IMG/VR virus record: IMGVR_UViG_3300048578_000442
Span: 1 to 25,399 of that record
DNA length: 25,399 bases
Reading direction: 5' to 3' (one strand)
Origin: a virus
Taxonomy: Duplodnaviria; Caudoviricetes
The notes under the pieces are model-generated. The model saw nothing but the letters and a program-made list of their open reading frames with translations, was not told where the DNA came from and did not search any database. Of this stretch, positions 1 to 10,078 are shown piece after piece (within the stretch, counting starts at the first letter, position 1; each line of letters begins with the position of its first letter). The position numbers and the translations under genes are program-made.

Positions 1-2388
1 CGTGTAGATTAAATCTGTACCTACTAACAGGTTTTGCGTTTTCTCAAAAGTCCCGTCAAATTCGGTTGCTGTGCCTAGTCTTATTCCGATATTATTCGCA
101 ACCGATCCAGTATATTTAAATTTCAACGTAAAGCTACCTGTAACCATCTTATCAGATAGCGGCCACACCATCCAGCCTTCATCAACTCTTATTTTTTGCG
201 TTCCAGTCCCTAATATCAAATTTCGCCCACCTACTTGTATGTTGTCGGCCGTATTTTGCGCCGTTGCTGCTGCCGCTTCTACCGCCGCGACATCTTTATA
301 ACTACCATCGTTCGCCTTAAAGGTTACTTTGCCGTAAATCTCGCGTTTGTCAATGTCGAGAAATACTTCGCCTTGTGTGTTTACAACCTGCCCCGCTTTA
401 ATAGAGCGTCCGTAAATAGCCGCTGAGCCGTAGGTGAGTGGAAACTCTCGGTAGCCGTCAATTACGCTCGACAAAACACCTATCGGGAACCAGTAGAAAC
501 TGGCATCTTCATCTAACTTATGCGTTGCTGTGTCGAGAATAAACGCTCCGGTACCGCCAACTCGCGGACATTTGGCAAACAAATAATAAATATTAGCATC
601 AACCAAGCCTGTGACTAACAGTTGCGGCATTGTCCACGAGCGGATAGTATCTTCAATCTGCAAATGCGTAAGCGTGCCGCTACCAATTAAACACTTTGTT
701 TTGTCGTTGTTGTAGTTCGCTGTTGCGGTACTGGTTAATGTTAAATTACCTGCTCGGGTGCCGACTTTAAGCATTCCCGTTTCAATTGCCAACGGGCGGA
801 TACGATCAGTAAAATAGCCCTCAGAATCGATAATCATGTTCATCAGCTCATCTATCACTTTCGCGTTTCGGCGAGCCTTAGCAGGGTCGCCGAGCGAGTT
901 CATGGCAATCACACGCTCTACCGTTTTGCTTGCCTGTATCAGGCGCTCTATGCGTGTTATCGTCACGTCGTCGGACAGCGTAATGCTATCGAATAGGTAA
1001 TCATTAAGGACATCGCGACTAAACGACTGCAATCTAACAGACTGATTAATGGCCAAGTCGGCGTCATACACAGGAATACTGTCACCGGGTGCAAACCAAT
1101 CAACTGTCGGGTCGGCTATAAGCGACTGCATGAATATTTCAGAAACAGGCAGCTCGTAGCTCGCCTTACCTGGCTTACTTTTATTAAAATCGGCGGTAGC
1201 GGCCGTTAATAATCGAGCCTCGGCATTGTCGATGTACGATTGAGGCAAAACAATGTCGAGCAAGGCGTATGTGTCGCCAGCTGCTATGGCAAAAGCTCCT
1301 GCGGCTGGAAACGACTGTCCGCGTTCGTCAGTGAATTTTTTAAGGATAAAAACCTTGGTTGTATGATTGTACGATACAACATCAAACTCGTATCCGGCTA
1401 AGTTGCCGCTATTAAAATGCACTTTTGCCGAGGTTCCTGCAATTAAGTACTTGGTACTGCCGTCCGCGTTTTTTGCGTTCAAATCAAAGTCCATCGCGTC
1501 GTCGATAAACAGCAACACGTCGCTTTCGCTTATGCCTGTTACGGTTCCTTCGCGCATCGGGTAAATGTCGTCGTATTGTTTATATGCTTCCTTTAGTCCA
1601 TATGTGTTAATAGAGGCGGTATCTTCCAAAACGCTTAATGCGTTATTTGGCAACAACAAGCGCTGCGAATAGTTGCGATAGTTAGCCGGTATATTTCGCT
1701 CGCCTCCTTGCACAAACATTCGGTTACATAGTCCTGTTGTATCGGTTTTTAACCGCTTAAGCGAATAAAGACCATTCGCGTTGCCGTATTGGTAAACTTC
1801 AGTATGCAATCGACCTTGTTGCCTAATGTTAAGCGTATAAACGCCGTCTAAATAAGCTACGTCAAACTCCTGCTTGTACACATCGGCTCCGCAAAGTTTT
1901 TGCAAAACACTCAAACAGTTTTCGTTTGAGAAGCTCTGCTCTAACGTTTCGGTTTCGGGGCAAACGCCCAATACCCAAACTCCCGCGCCGAGGGCTCTGT
2001 TACAGTTGTTTATCAGCACCTCCAAAAAGCCGCGCAGGTCAGCCACAAGCGAAAAGCTTCCCGGAAAGGTTGTTTTGAGCTCGTCACAATTCAGGTACAT
2101 AATATCGACTAAATCGTAAAACGGAGCTTCAAAAACACATTCGTAAACAAAATTGTTCGAGCTGTTTTTTTCAACCGTCGGCTCTTCGTTAATCTTATAG
2201 CGTGTACCGTATATTGTAACAGTACAGCCAATACCAATGTTTAGCTCATGGTCTGAAACAACGGTAAGCGTAACCGTATCTTCCGACATGAGCGTCTTTT
2301 TTTGCGTGCCTTTTTCAATCCACACGCTTCCGCTCTGAAACAAGTCGAGCGTAGTATTGTCCTTTCGGGTTAATATAAGTTTGTCCAT
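1..2388 (-). CDS. Tail tip/hub (Tal-like) protein with a probable receptor-binding extension; 3'-truncated by the window edge (>796 aa)
   Basis: Absent from the ORF track because it has no stop in the window. ATG at 2388 overlaps the end of the upstream gene. Manual translation MDKLILTRKDNTTLDLFQSG...FSNENCLSVLQKLC...DDIYPMREGTVT...IQVGGRNLILGT... stays open to base 1. Follows TMP and Dit; GGRNL is a common entry motif to carbohydrate-binding modules in tail proteins. Confidence 0.85.
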   Translation of the reverse strand, partial: MDKLILTRKDNTTLDLFQSGSVWIEKGTQKKTLMSEDTVTLTVVSDHELNIGIGCTVTIYGTRYKINEEPTVEKNSSNNFVYECVFEAPFYDLVDIMYLNCDELKTTFPGSFSLVADLRGFLEVLINNCNRALGAGVWVLGVCPETETLEQSFSNENCLSVLQKLCGADVYKQEFDVAYLDGVYTLNIRQQGRLHTEVYQYGNANGLYSLKRLKTDTTGLCNRMFVQGGERNIPANYRNYSQRLLLPNNALSVLEDTASINTYGLKEAYKQYDDIYPMREGTVTGISESDVLLFIDDAMDFDLNAKNADGSTKYLIAGTSAKVHFNSGNLAGYEFDVVSYNHTTKVFILKKFTDERGQSFPAAGAFAIAAGDTYALLDIVLPQSYIDNAEARLLTAATADFNKSKPGKASYELPVSEIFMQSLIADPTVDWFAPGDSIPVYDADLAINQSVRLQSFSRDVLNDYLFDSITLSDDVTITRIERLIQASKTVERVIAMNSLGDPAKARRNAKVIDELMNMIIDSEGYFTDRIRPLAIETGMLKVGTRAGNLTLTSTATANYNNDKTKCLIGSGTLTHLQIEDTIRSWTMPQLLVTGLVDANIYYLFAKCPRVGGTGAFILDTATHKLDEDASFYWFPIGVLSSVIDGYREFPLTYGSAAIYGRSIKAGQVVNTQGEVFLDIDKREIYGKVTFKANDGSYKDVAAVEAAAATAQNTADNIQVGGRNLILGTGTQKIRVDEGWMVWPLSDKMVTGSFTLKFKYTGSVANNIGIRLGTATEFDGTFEKTQNLLVGTDLIYT

Positions 2389-3014
2389 ATCTTTTGGGCT
2401 GTTGTAGCGGTTATTTTATCGTCAAAACAGCCTGACACAATAATGTAAAACGTGCCTTCAGTGGCGTAATAATGCGTAAAGGTTTGTGTACCCGATACGT
2501 TGTTTAAAAAAGTGCTGTCGCCCCAGCTTATATTGAGCTTTGCGCTACTATTAAGCGTTATACTTACCGTTGTCACACTGGCGGTACGGGTAAACTTTAA
2601 TACCTGTTTGATAGGTTCGGGCTCGCGGAGCGATAGTGTAAACTTGCCGTAACACTGTCCGTCGCGCCAGCGCTTATCTATGTCAATTTTTTCAGCCAAA
2701 TACACGTCGTAAACAAGGGCGTTAGCTGAAACACCAACCTTTAAACGCTTTTTAAACGGTGTTAAAAACAGCTTAGTAAAGTCGGCAACGCGCTGCATAA
2801 ATACATCCATAGTTGGGGCGGTAAGCGTACACTCAAGTCTAATGTCGCGCGCTTCGTAATACACTGTGCTTAACACAACCTCTTCGCCGTGTCGGTCTTT
2901 CCAGTCGTGCTTTGTCCGTTCTTTAGGCGTAAGCCCTGCCGTTAACCCTCGCGAGCTATTCACTATTACGCCATAATCGCGAAACTTGCTGTTGTTTATG
3001 CTATATTCAATCAT
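2370..3014 (-). CDS. Distal tail (Dit-like) protein with C-terminal PKD/Ig-like segment
   Basis: Directly downstream of TMP with a 4-nt overlap; motifs DWKDRHGEEV, YEARDIRLEC, FTLSLREPEP; C-terminal ISWGD...THYYATEGTFYI pattern. Confidence 0.7.
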   Translation of the reverse strand: MIEYSINNSKFRDYGVIVNSSRGLTAGLTPKERTKHDWKDRHGEEVVLSTVYYEARDIRLECTLTAPTMDVFMQRVADFTKLFLTPFKKRLKVGVSANALVYDVYLAEKIDIDKRWRDGQCYGKFTLSLREPEPIKQVLKFTRTASVTTVSITLNSSAKLNISWGDSTFLNNVSGTQTFTHYYATEGTFYIIVSGCFDDKITATTAQKIWTNLY

Positions 3015-6000
3015 AGCCCTTTAGCTCTTAGGTTGTTATTATTTTTTATTAAGTCGTAAATTTTTAGCAGATACGAGGTATTTGTCTCAATGTTAGCTAA
3101 CGATTTCAATTGCTTATCCATAATGACTACACCCTTGGCCTGATTGACACGTATAGCGTTCATTTGGCCTGCAACAAGCGAAGCCGTTTCTTGCGATACT
3201 CCTTTGATAGCTCCACTTAAGCTATTTTTGTCAGCTTCACCTCCGGCAGCAAGGGCTATACCGGAAGCCTCGCTCATTTGTTGAACAAGCGTGTTGTAAT
3301 CGTTTATGTTTTTTTCGTATTGCTTTTGTAAGTTTGAAACTTCTCTTTTGCTAAGACCACCTCCGCTTTCACTTGCTTTCGCAAACGAGCTATACCATTG
3401 CTCCATTGCTGGCTGCAATGCCTTATCAGCAGCAAGCGACAGCATGCTATCGCGCATCAGCTCCTTAAAGTTGTCGGCATAATCGGCAGCCGCGTATTTG
3501 CCATTTTTAAAACCATCAATAATGGCATCAGAAATAGAGCTGCTTGTTGTACCTGTTAGAATCTGCTGTTGCGCTTTTATTGCGTCGTTAAGGGCATTGT
3601 TGATATCGACACCTTCGTCGTACAGCGCTTGAAGCTGATCGTACTTTATTTTATCCTCTTCATCAAGTTTACCCTGAGCGTCCAGCGCCTTTAACGTCGC
3701 CATCAATTTAGCTATACGCTTTTCACTCTCGGCACGGCTATACATTTCACCATTCTCATCAAAGGCGGCATTAAACAAAGCCGATTCAATACCCTTTGGA
3801 CCACTGCTAGAACCTCCTCTACTTCGCCCTCGCCATACGCCATCTACATTTTTGCCGTTTGCTCCCGTTTTATTATATCGCGACATCATGTTCTCCAATG
3901 AAGAAGCAAATGCCTCTTCATTGGCTTTCTTCTGATCTTGAAGTATCGATTGCTCTTCCTTTAAAGCATTCAAATGTGCTTCGTCGAAATTCATTCGTTC
4001 GCGGGCACTATCTCTAAGTAGCCTAGCGGTTTCAAGATGTACGGCATATGTTTTTATAGCATTTAGGTAAGCCTCTCTTTCAGCGGCTATCTGAGCCGTA
4101 ACCTCCGCTTCGCCTATTTCATATATCTTAGTAATAATAGAAAGGACTGCCATATAGCCGCTAGCCATAGCCTCAGTGCTCATCTCATTAGCCTCTGCTG
4201 TGCTTATTGTTCCTGCCTTTAATTGCTGTTGTATATCGCCAATCTTTGCATACGACGATGCCATTTGCGATACATTCTGCGTTAAATCCGCTATCCCGCT
4301 ATCCTTCCCGGTTATAGAAACGAAGGTAGAGGCGAAGTTGTTAACCGTTTCCATAGCGCGCTGCATAGCTGCTTCGCGCTGGTCGAGTAGCTGCAAAACG
4401 GTGTCGGTTAAGTCGCGCTCGAGCTCTTTTTTCTTTTCTGCGCTAAACTCTTCCTCGGCTAATGCCTTCTGTATATCAGCTATTCTGGTCTTTAGCTCCT
4501 CGTTGCTTAATTCTCGTTTACTGTCGGCTATTCGCTTTGCAATGTCGGTTTCTTCAAATGCAGCATCGGCAATGTCGTCAAGCTCTTTTGCTTTATTCTT
4601 TTTCAACAGAGCCAAACGGGCAGCATATTCCTCTTCGCCTATGCTCGTACGGCGCTTTTCGAGCAGCTGCACATCGGCGGTGTATTTCGTCTCAACATCA
4701 AGGCGTTGCGAGTTGAAGTCTTGCGTTTTCTTCATCAACTCATCAAAAGCCTCAATCGTTTTTGTTAGCTCTTCGTTAGTAGCCTTAACCTTTTCTTCGT
4801 TTAAAAACCCGAGTTTTTGCTTGTCGTTTTCGCTCTCTTTACCGTTAAGTTTTGCAATCTCTTCATTCAGATACTTAATGTAATCGGTTAAATCGGCTGA
4901 GCTTTCCTTTGTTAGTTTTACTTCATCTTTAAAGGCGTCAAATGGCTTCTTTATCTGATCTACATCGGCAAGCGCCGACTTAAGCGTAAACGTCTGTTCT
5001 TTATTGTTTTTACCGCTGTTAATTTCTTTGAGCAGGTATTCGCGGTAGCTTTTGCCACCTGCAACGAGCTTGGCAAACTGCGCATTAGCCGACTCTTCGC
5101 CCATACTCGATACCCATTTGTAATACAGCTCGTATTGTTTTTTACGTTCCTCAAGAGCTTTAGCAAAAGCATCTTTATCGACTTCGGGTTTGTCGGTGCC
5201 GTTTCCGCCACCATTACCTCCTGCTTTACCTGTCTCTAAAATCTTTTGAAACGACGATGCTTGACTTTGAAGCTTAGCAAGCTCGGGGTCGAGGTTTGCC
5301 TTACTCTTTACAGCTTTCTCAAACGAGTCCTTAAAAGCCCAAAAATCAGACGTACCCTTTAGGTACTTGTTGTAAATATCTAAAGAGCCTTGCATCACGC
5401 TTTTATCCATATTCCCGGTGGGGTTCTTGGCTGCTTTGTCTATTGCATCCTGAAAAGCGCTTGTTATTTCGCCTGCACGGTCGGTACCGTATTTTTGCGT
5501 AAATTCATTAATATAATCGTCCATCGCCTTGTTAAAGGTCGAGGTGTAATCGTCCAATATTTTGTCTAACTGTGTTTTCACAGCCTTAGCGCCCGCGTCA
5601 GCCATCATGGCTTGCGTAACGCGCTTTTGAGCAGCTTCAATATCGTTTAAGCTGCTTTTTTCGGTTAACAGGTTGCCGAGATAGTCGCTATACCTGTCGT
5701 TTATAATCTTAATAGCATCGGCGCGCTCTTTTGTCCCGGCAGCTGCTTTTTTAGCAGTCTCAAAAATGCTGGCAACCTTTACCGACTCGTCGGCCATCGC
5801 TTTGTTAATTGCTTCCTGCCCTTCGCTTGCGCGTTTGCTGTGTCGTTCCCATGCTACGTAAGCGCCTATAAGAGCCGTTACGCCAACAAGCACCATACCT
5901 GCAGGCGAAGCCTTTTGTGCAAGGTTGAGTAATTCTTGCGCCACGGCGGTTTGTTTCAGGGCAGTAGCTAAGCTTCCGGCTGCATTTACTTCGTTCATAA

Positions 6001-6907
6001 TAGCCACAACCATAGTGGCAGCTTTATAAGCGCCATAAGTAGCCACTACAACACCAATGATATCAGCAACCTCGCGCCAATGGGCAACCAACGAACCTGT
6101 ACCGCCAATAACGTCGCCAATTAAGCCTTCGTTGTCCTTTCCCATATCATTCATGGCTTGGAACCAGGCATCTTTTAAATTCGATAATTGTCCGGTTATC
6201 GACTTGGAGTTTTTCTCCATTAACCCGCCAAACATACCCGTCGAACTGGTCATGCTCTCAAATGCCTTTTGAAGCTGCGGAAAGCCTACCTTACCAGCTT
6301 CTACCATCTTCATAAGCTGTGCGTTGCTTACATTGAACTGTTTAGCGAGTTCTGCAATAATTGGAATACCACGCCCGGCAAATTGCATGATATCCTTTGT
6401 GAATAACCTTCCTTGTGTCTTTGATGTTCCGTAGAGGTAAACCAAATCGCTCAGCGGCGTGCTGGTACCGCTCGCCACGTCGCCCAGCATGGTAAGGGTT
6501 TTTATTACATCTTTTTGGGCAAACTGGTAAGCAATAAGCGACTTGGTACCTGTACCAACTTCTTGTAAAGTAAATGGTGTATGAGCAGCAAGGGAAACCG
6601 AATCGGCTATAAGCTGGTCGCTCTTGGTTTTGCTCTTTAACATCGCTTCGAGCGAAATGCTTAACTGTTGCATCTCGCCGCGTGCGTTGGCTATATTGCC
6701 GGCAAACGAAGTAAGCTGTTGAGCGGTAAGATATGCGGCCAACATTTTGCCCATGTCCTGAAACGCCGAACCTGTTGTTTTTGCGCCTTGCTGGGCTGTT
6801 GTGCCAATGCTCGATATCTGTGCCTTCAACTGCGCAATCGCAGCTTCGACATTGAAATCTTTCATTGCAAATTCTATGTCAACTGGTCCTATACTTGTTG
6901 CGCTCAT
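3011..6907 (-). CDS. Tail tape measure protein
   Basis: 1298 aa, Ala-rich and helical; N-terminal tape-measure domain (AAHTPFTLQEV...GIPIIAELAKQF...GQLSNLKDAW) and hydrophobic segments; lies between chaperone and Dit. Confidence 0.93.
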   Translation of the reverse strand: MSATSIGPVDIEFAMKDFNVEAAIAQLKAQISSIGTTAQQGAKTTGSAFQDMGKMLAAYLTAQQLTSFAGNIANARGEMQQLSISLEAMLKSKTKSDQLIADSVSLAAHTPFTLQEVGTGTKSLIAYQFAQKDVIKTLTMLGDVASGTSTPLSDLVYLYGTSKTQGRLFTKDIMQFAGRGIPIIAELAKQFNVSNAQLMKMVEAGKVGFPQLQKAFESMTSSTGMFGGLMEKNSKSITGQLSNLKDAWFQAMNDMGKDNEGLIGDVIGGTGSLVAHWREVADIIGVVVATYGAYKAATMVVAIMNEVNAAGSLATALKQTAVAQELLNLAQKASPAGMVLVGVTALIGAYVAWERHSKRASEGQEAINKAMADESVKVASIFETAKKAAAGTKERADAIKIINDRYSDYLGNLLTEKSSLNDIEAAQKRVTQAMMADAGAKAVKTQLDKILDDYTSTFNKAMDDYINEFTQKYGTDRAGEITSAFQDAIDKAAKNPTGNMDKSVMQGSLDIYNKYLKGTSDFWAFKDSFEKAVKSKANLDPELAKLQSQASSFQKILETGKAGGNGGGNGTDKPEVDKDAFAKALEERKKQYELYYKWVSSMGEESANAQFAKLVAGGKSYREYLLKEINSGKNNKEQTFTLKSALADVDQIKKPFDAFKDEVKLTKESSADLTDYIKYLNEEIAKLNGKESENDKQKLGFLNEEKVKATNEELTKTIEAFDELMKKTQDFNSQRLDVETKYTADVQLLEKRRTSIGEEEYAARLALLKKNKAKELDDIADAAFEETDIAKRIADSKRELSNEELKTRIADIQKALAEEEFSAEKKKELERDLTDTVLQLLDQREAAMQRAMETVNNFASTFVSITGKDSGIADLTQNVSQMASSYAKIGDIQQQLKAGTISTAEANEMSTEAMASGYMAVLSIITKIYEIGEAEVTAQIAAEREAYLNAIKTYAVHLETARLLRDSARERMNFDEAHLNALKEEQSILQDQKKANEEAFASSLENMMSRYNKTGANGKNVDGVWRGRSRGGSSSGPKGIESALFNAAFDENGEMYSRAESEKRIAKLMATLKALDAQGKLDEEDKIKYDQLQALYDEGVDINNALNDAIKAQQQILTGTTSSSISDAIIDGFKNGKYAAADYADNFKELMRDSMLSLAADKALQPAMEQWYSSFAKASESGGGLSKREVSNLQKQYEKNINDYNTLVQQMSEASGIALAAGGEADKNSLSGAIKGVSQETASLVAGQMNAIRVNQAKGVVIMDKQLKSLANIETNTSYLLKIYDLIKNNNNLRAKGL

Positions 6908-7131
6908 TACTTACTGTATTTATTCATATATCTTTCGATATCCTCTTCTGTCTCCAATTCTTTTGCTTTTACCTCGCCTCGTACATAGCGAGGTGCATCG
7001 GCCAGCATCATTTGTATGTTTAGCCAGCTCGTGCCCCACATGATGTAGTGCATCGTCCAGCCTGTTGCTTGCGCTATGCTCCAAATTGTGCCCCAGGGAC
7101 TATGGAGGCCTTCGGTGCGGCCTGTTAACTT
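6907..7131 (-). CDS. -1 frame extension of the tail assembly chaperone (gpGT-like)
   Basis: 74 open codons in the -1 frame of 7125..7616 (KLTGRTEGLHSPWGTIWSIAQATGWTMHYIMWGTSWLNIQMMLADAPRY...NKYSK*) fill the gap exactly; the stop overlaps the TMP ATG (TAATG). Confidence 0.78.
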   Translation of the reverse strand, partial: KLTGRTEGLHSPWGTIWSIAQATGWTMHYIMWGTSWLNIQMMLADAPRYVRGEVKAKELETEEDIERYMNKYSK

Positions 7132-7616
7132 CCCTGAGTTTCCTGACTCACATTCCTCGGTGTCATCGTCGTCTCCGCCGCTTGACGTGTCAATGTGATA
7201 GCACTCGTAAAACCTGTTGGACTATTAAGCAAATGCACAAAAACGAGGGCGCTAACGACGTCGTTCATATTACCGTGTGTTCTGATGTACCATGCCAAAG
7301 GGCGGGTAAATATTGGCATAAGCCACCAACTGTCTATTGCAACAAAGGCGACAATGCGCGATACCAACACACCGTATTTAGCCAGCAACTTGCGAGCTTC
7401 GTCAACGTCACCATTGGCCAGCTTATCAAAGTCAATCTCTATGCTCAACATCTTTGATGCGAGCTTTATTTGTGTGCCGTAGCGGGTAGCTCTAAGAATT
7501 ATCGGAAGTGTTTTTAATCCGAAAATCCTTAAAAAAAGGGGTGAGGATATACTCACCCTAACCCCTTTATCTATTAATCGATCTGCAGCTGCTTGCTGCG
7601 TTACATTTATGTCCAT
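7125..7616 (-). CDS. Tail assembly chaperone (lambda gpG-like)
   Basis: 163 aa between tail tube and TMP genes; ends CAG GGA AGT TAA with an overlapping -1 frame ORF. Confidence 0.75.
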   Translation of the reverse strand: MDINVTQQAAADRLIDKGVRVSISSPLFLRIFGLKTLPIILRATRYGTQIKLASKMLSIEIDFDKLANGDVDEARKLLAKYGVLVSRIVAFVAIDSWWLMPIFTRPLAWYIRTHGNMNDVVSALVFVHLLNSPTGFTSAITLTRQAAETTMTPRNVSQETQGS

Positions 7617-8122
7617 TAAGCAACTACTTTAGAGATACTTAACGACTTAGCAGTCGAGAGGGTTGGTGTCATCACAGTAGCAACGATATCAATCTGTGCC
7701 ACGCCCTTTTTCGAAAACTTAGCGTTGATTTTTGCTTTAATACGAGCACGAACGATCTCGTATTTCACATTCGATTTTGAAATAATCTCAATCGATTTTT
7801 CGATCACTTCGAGCGACGAAGGTGCGCTCCATACAGATGCTTCACCAACTCCGGTAACCGTACCGCCAAGTACTTTCTCTAAAGTGGCAGGTGTATAATC
7901 GATAATCGAAAACTTTAAGGTTGTTTTGCCTTTTTCTTCGATAATTTCTTCCGGATCGTCGTTTTCTTCGCTATTTATGTCTGTTGTGGCGCCATCTTCT
8001 TGAACTAACTCAGCCGAGTCGGCTAAGGTTACCCCCAAAGCGGCCAAGGTTGTACCCATGCCTCCGGTCGCATCAACGTCGCCAATTTTCAGGCTCTGAA
8101 GCCCTATACTTCTTTTTTCCAT
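7616..8122 (-). CDS. Major tail tube protein
   Basis: 168 aa, acidic, beta-rich (SIGLQSLKIGD...EENDDP...TLKFSIID...LGG...WSAP); canonical position upstream of chaperone and TMP. Confidence 0.75.
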   Translation of the reverse strand: MEKRSIGLQSLKIGDVDATGGMGTTLAALGVTLADSAELVQEDGATTDINSEENDDPEEIIEEKGKTTLKFSIIDYTPATLEKVLGGTVTGVGEASVWSAPSSLEVIEKSIEIISKSNVKYEIVRARIKAKINAKFSKKGVAQIDIVATVMTPTLSTAKSLSISKVVA

Positions 8123-8125
8123 ACC

Positions 8126-8533
8126 TTATTTTTTTGATGGGTTAGCTACTTTAAGAGCCTCTAGCTCTTGTTTACATGCTGCAAGCTCTTTATCGCGAGC
8201 GTCTAACATTTCCTGCAACGCTTCAAGCTTTTCGAGAAACTCTTCTTTAAGCGCAATAAGAGACTCTTCGCTTTCGAACAGTTTTGCCTTGGTAGCGTCA
8301 TGTAGTTCAATTTCTTCGCGAAGCGCTACTTCTGCCTTCTCTAACTCTTCGGCATCGGCCGCAAGAGCGTTACCATTTCGACTATGCTTCGTGTATGGCT
8401 CTCCTGTACGCTGTGCGTGATTATGAGCGTCGGCTTCGTTAAAAAATACCTGACCATCGACGGTCGCGAAGAGCGCTTCTTGCTCTTTATTTGCCTCAAA
8501 CAAAGATTTGAGGCGGGCTTTTAAATCTTCCAT
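8126..8533 (-). CDS. Hypothetical phage protein (small N-terminal domain plus acidic coiled coil)
   Basis: 135 aa ORF packed in the late operon; FATVDGQVFFNEADAHNHA motif followed by a Glu/Leu-rich helix. Confidence 0.7.
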   Translation of the reverse strand: MEDLKARLKSLFEANKEQEALFATVDGQVFFNEADAHNHAQRTGEPYTKHSRNGNALAADAEELEKAEVALREEIELHDATKAKLFESEESLIALKEEFLEKLEALQEMLDARDKELAACKQELEALKVANPSKK

Positions 8534-8561
8534 CGTAATTCGTAATTATCAATTCGTAATT
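8534..8561. repeat. Heptamer tandem array, copy 1 (CGTAATT CGTAATT ATCAATT CGTAATT)
   Basis: Read directly; fills the whole intergenic space. Same 4-unit pattern at 14829 and 17568. Confidence 0.9.
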
Positions 8562-9096
8562 ATTTGATCTTCCACATGTAACTTCCTTGCACGCCATTAG
8601 TATATACCGATAGCGTAAAGGCATCACGTTTTCGTACATAAACTACACCTGCTCCAATTCCAATTCGTCCGCCAATTACGTTACCCGAAACGCCAGCCAA
8701 CCATTGCGGCGAGGGTTCTACTACCGTTGTGGTATAGGTTATTGCTTGAGGTCGTAGGTTTTGAAGCCATACTTTACGTTCCACAATTCGGTTGCGGCTT
8801 ACGGTTTCGTTGAGTATGGCAAGCATCGAACTGTCGCGTATAGTGTCGTTATAAACTACTCGCTCTAAGTATTTTGCAATTATAGCGGCTGTATCTACGA
8901 CCATGTTGTTGGTATCAACGATATGGTCGATAAAAACAGGTACCGGAACTTTTACCTGAACCACATACGGAACTGAGTCGCCCGGTACGGTTATGGTTTG
9001 CGTTACCGTTTTTTCTGCTGTTTTAGGCTCCTGAAATAAAGAAATGACACAAACTGCAACGAGCAGAAACAAGAGGGTAAGGCTTACTACTTTCAT
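8560..9096 (-). CDS. Membrane-anchored lysis accessory protein (spanin candidate)
   Basis: N-terminal hydrophobic anchor and C-terminal amphipathic beta strands; last gene of the holin/endolysin cluster. Confidence 0.5.
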   Translation of the reverse strand: MKVVSLTLLFLLVAVCVISLFQEPKTAEKTVTQTITVPGDSVPYVVQVKVPVPVFIDHIVDTNNMVVDTAAIIAKYLERVVYNDTIRDSSMLAILNETVSRNRIVERKVWLQNLRPQAITYTTTVVEPSPQWLAGVSGNVIGGRIGIGAGVVYVRKRDAFTLSVYTNGVQGSYMWKIK

Positions 9097-9320
9097 TACT
9101 TATCAGTTTTAGTAAATTGAGCTACTATAGCGGCTACGCCTCCACAAACAACTACGTATTTTATAAACTGCTCGGGTATGGCTTGCTTAAAGCCGTCGGG
9201 CAGACTGTTATAGTAAACTGAGGCGGCCAGCGCCGCGCCCGATACGGAAGCAGCTAAGAGCTGAAGGCGTTTAAAAAACGCAGGGGTTTCGGCTTTAAAG
9301 CGTTGTATCAATGTTTTCAC
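9096..9320 (-). CDS. Putative holin
   Basis: 74 aa, two hydrophobic segments, RFKAETPAFFK N-terminus, adjacent to the endolysin. Confidence 0.7.
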   Translation of the reverse strand: MKTLIQRFKAETPAFFKRLQLLAASVSGAALAASVYYNSLPDGFKQAIPEQFIKYVVVCGGVAAIVAQFTKTDK

Positions 9321-9721
9321 GTTGTTCGGATTAGCTGTTTACGGTGTCGTGGACTATAGCTTACGTGTACCCACGCTGGCTGTTTATCGTCGCCAAACTC
9401 CCAAATTAATTGATCGAAAGGAAGATATTGTTTGATATAAGCATAAGCCTTCGCCATGTCGGCACACTTAAAGTCCGCCGCCTGACCTAGCAAATGCTGC
9501 GAAGTTGCTGCGCCTCCAACTGATTTGTTCAGCGCTTCGCTTCTGTAACCGCTTGTAATTGAGATAATACCTACAGCATCGCGGAGAGGTTGCAATACAT
9601 TCTCCGCCAACGCCTTTAGGTTATTTATTTCGTTCATGCTTGGTTTATTGGCTATCTTTTGTTTTGTCGCATCCGCAGAGCGGGTAAGCTCTTCGAGCGA
9701 AAAATTATTTGTCAACTGCAT
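9317..9721 (-). CDS. Endolysin, peptidase M15A family (Zn D-Ala-D-Ala peptidase fold)
   Basis: Motifs NFSLEEL, ITSGYRS, SQHLLGQAAD, FDQLIWE, WVHVS. Confidence 0.92.
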   Translation of the reverse strand: MQLTNNFSLEELTRSADATKQKIANKPSMNEINNLKALAENVLQPLRDAVGIISITSGYRSEALNKSVGGAATSQHLLGQAADFKCADMAKAYAYIKQYLPFDQLIWEFGDDKQPAWVHVSYSPRHRKQLIRTT

Positions 9722-10019
9722 GGCTTTGCGCTTTTCTAAATTGTTTTAACTCATTGTCTAGCTTCCTATTGAGCTTAGACAACGTTTCTACTTCCTCTCG
9801 TAGTTTTGCTATCTCGGCGCGCGATTTTGCTATTTCTTCGCGCGCTAGACTAAGCTCTGTTTGTACTTCCTCTAAAGCTCCTTTGTAGATATCGATGAGC
9901 TTTTGCGCACATTCGAGTTCTATAAGTTTTGTTTCGGCACGCGTTTTTTTTCGCGTAAGAAACCAGCTTACCACAGCCGCTAAGATGGGTAGTACAACAA
10001 GTGCTATATCCTTATACAT
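9705..10019 (-). CDS. Single-TM coiled-coil lysis-module protein (holin-like or antiholin-like)
   Basis: One N-terminal TM segment, basic cluster TRKKTR, long heptad coiled coil; overlaps the endolysin start. Confidence 0.6.
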   Translation of the reverse strand: MYKDIALVVLPILAAVVSWFLTRKKTRAETKLIELECAQKLIDIYKGALEEVQTELSLAREEIAKSRAEIAKLREEVETLSKLNRKLDNELKQFRKAQSHAVDK

Positions 10020-10049
10020 GAGTAGGTGAGAGATTAAAAGGAGTTTTTG

Positions 10050-10075
10050 ATAGGGTTGCCGTTAAGCAACCCTAT
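10050..10075. terminator. Hairpin downstream of the capsid gene (mRNA stabiliser or weak terminator)
   Basis: Perfect 10-bp stem ATAGGGTTGC/GCAACCCTAT with a 6-nt loop; no U tract on the minus (sense) strand. Confidence 0.6.
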
Positions 10076-10078
10076 ATT

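Noticed and set aside
1-2388. Diversity-generating retroelement target or invertible tail-fibre segment
   Set aside because: No reverse transcriptase, template/variable repeat pair or invertase is visible; the gene end lies outside the window, so this cannot be assessed.
4176-4883. 235-aa plus-strand ORF and other plus-strand ORFs within 1-12239 and 18900-25300
   Set aside because: Shadow frames of well-supported minus-strand genes, with Ser/Phe-rich antisense composition.
8534-8561. Heptamer arrays or attC-like sites as a CRISPR array
   Set aside because: No identical 23-50 bp repeats with regular spacers and no cas genes.
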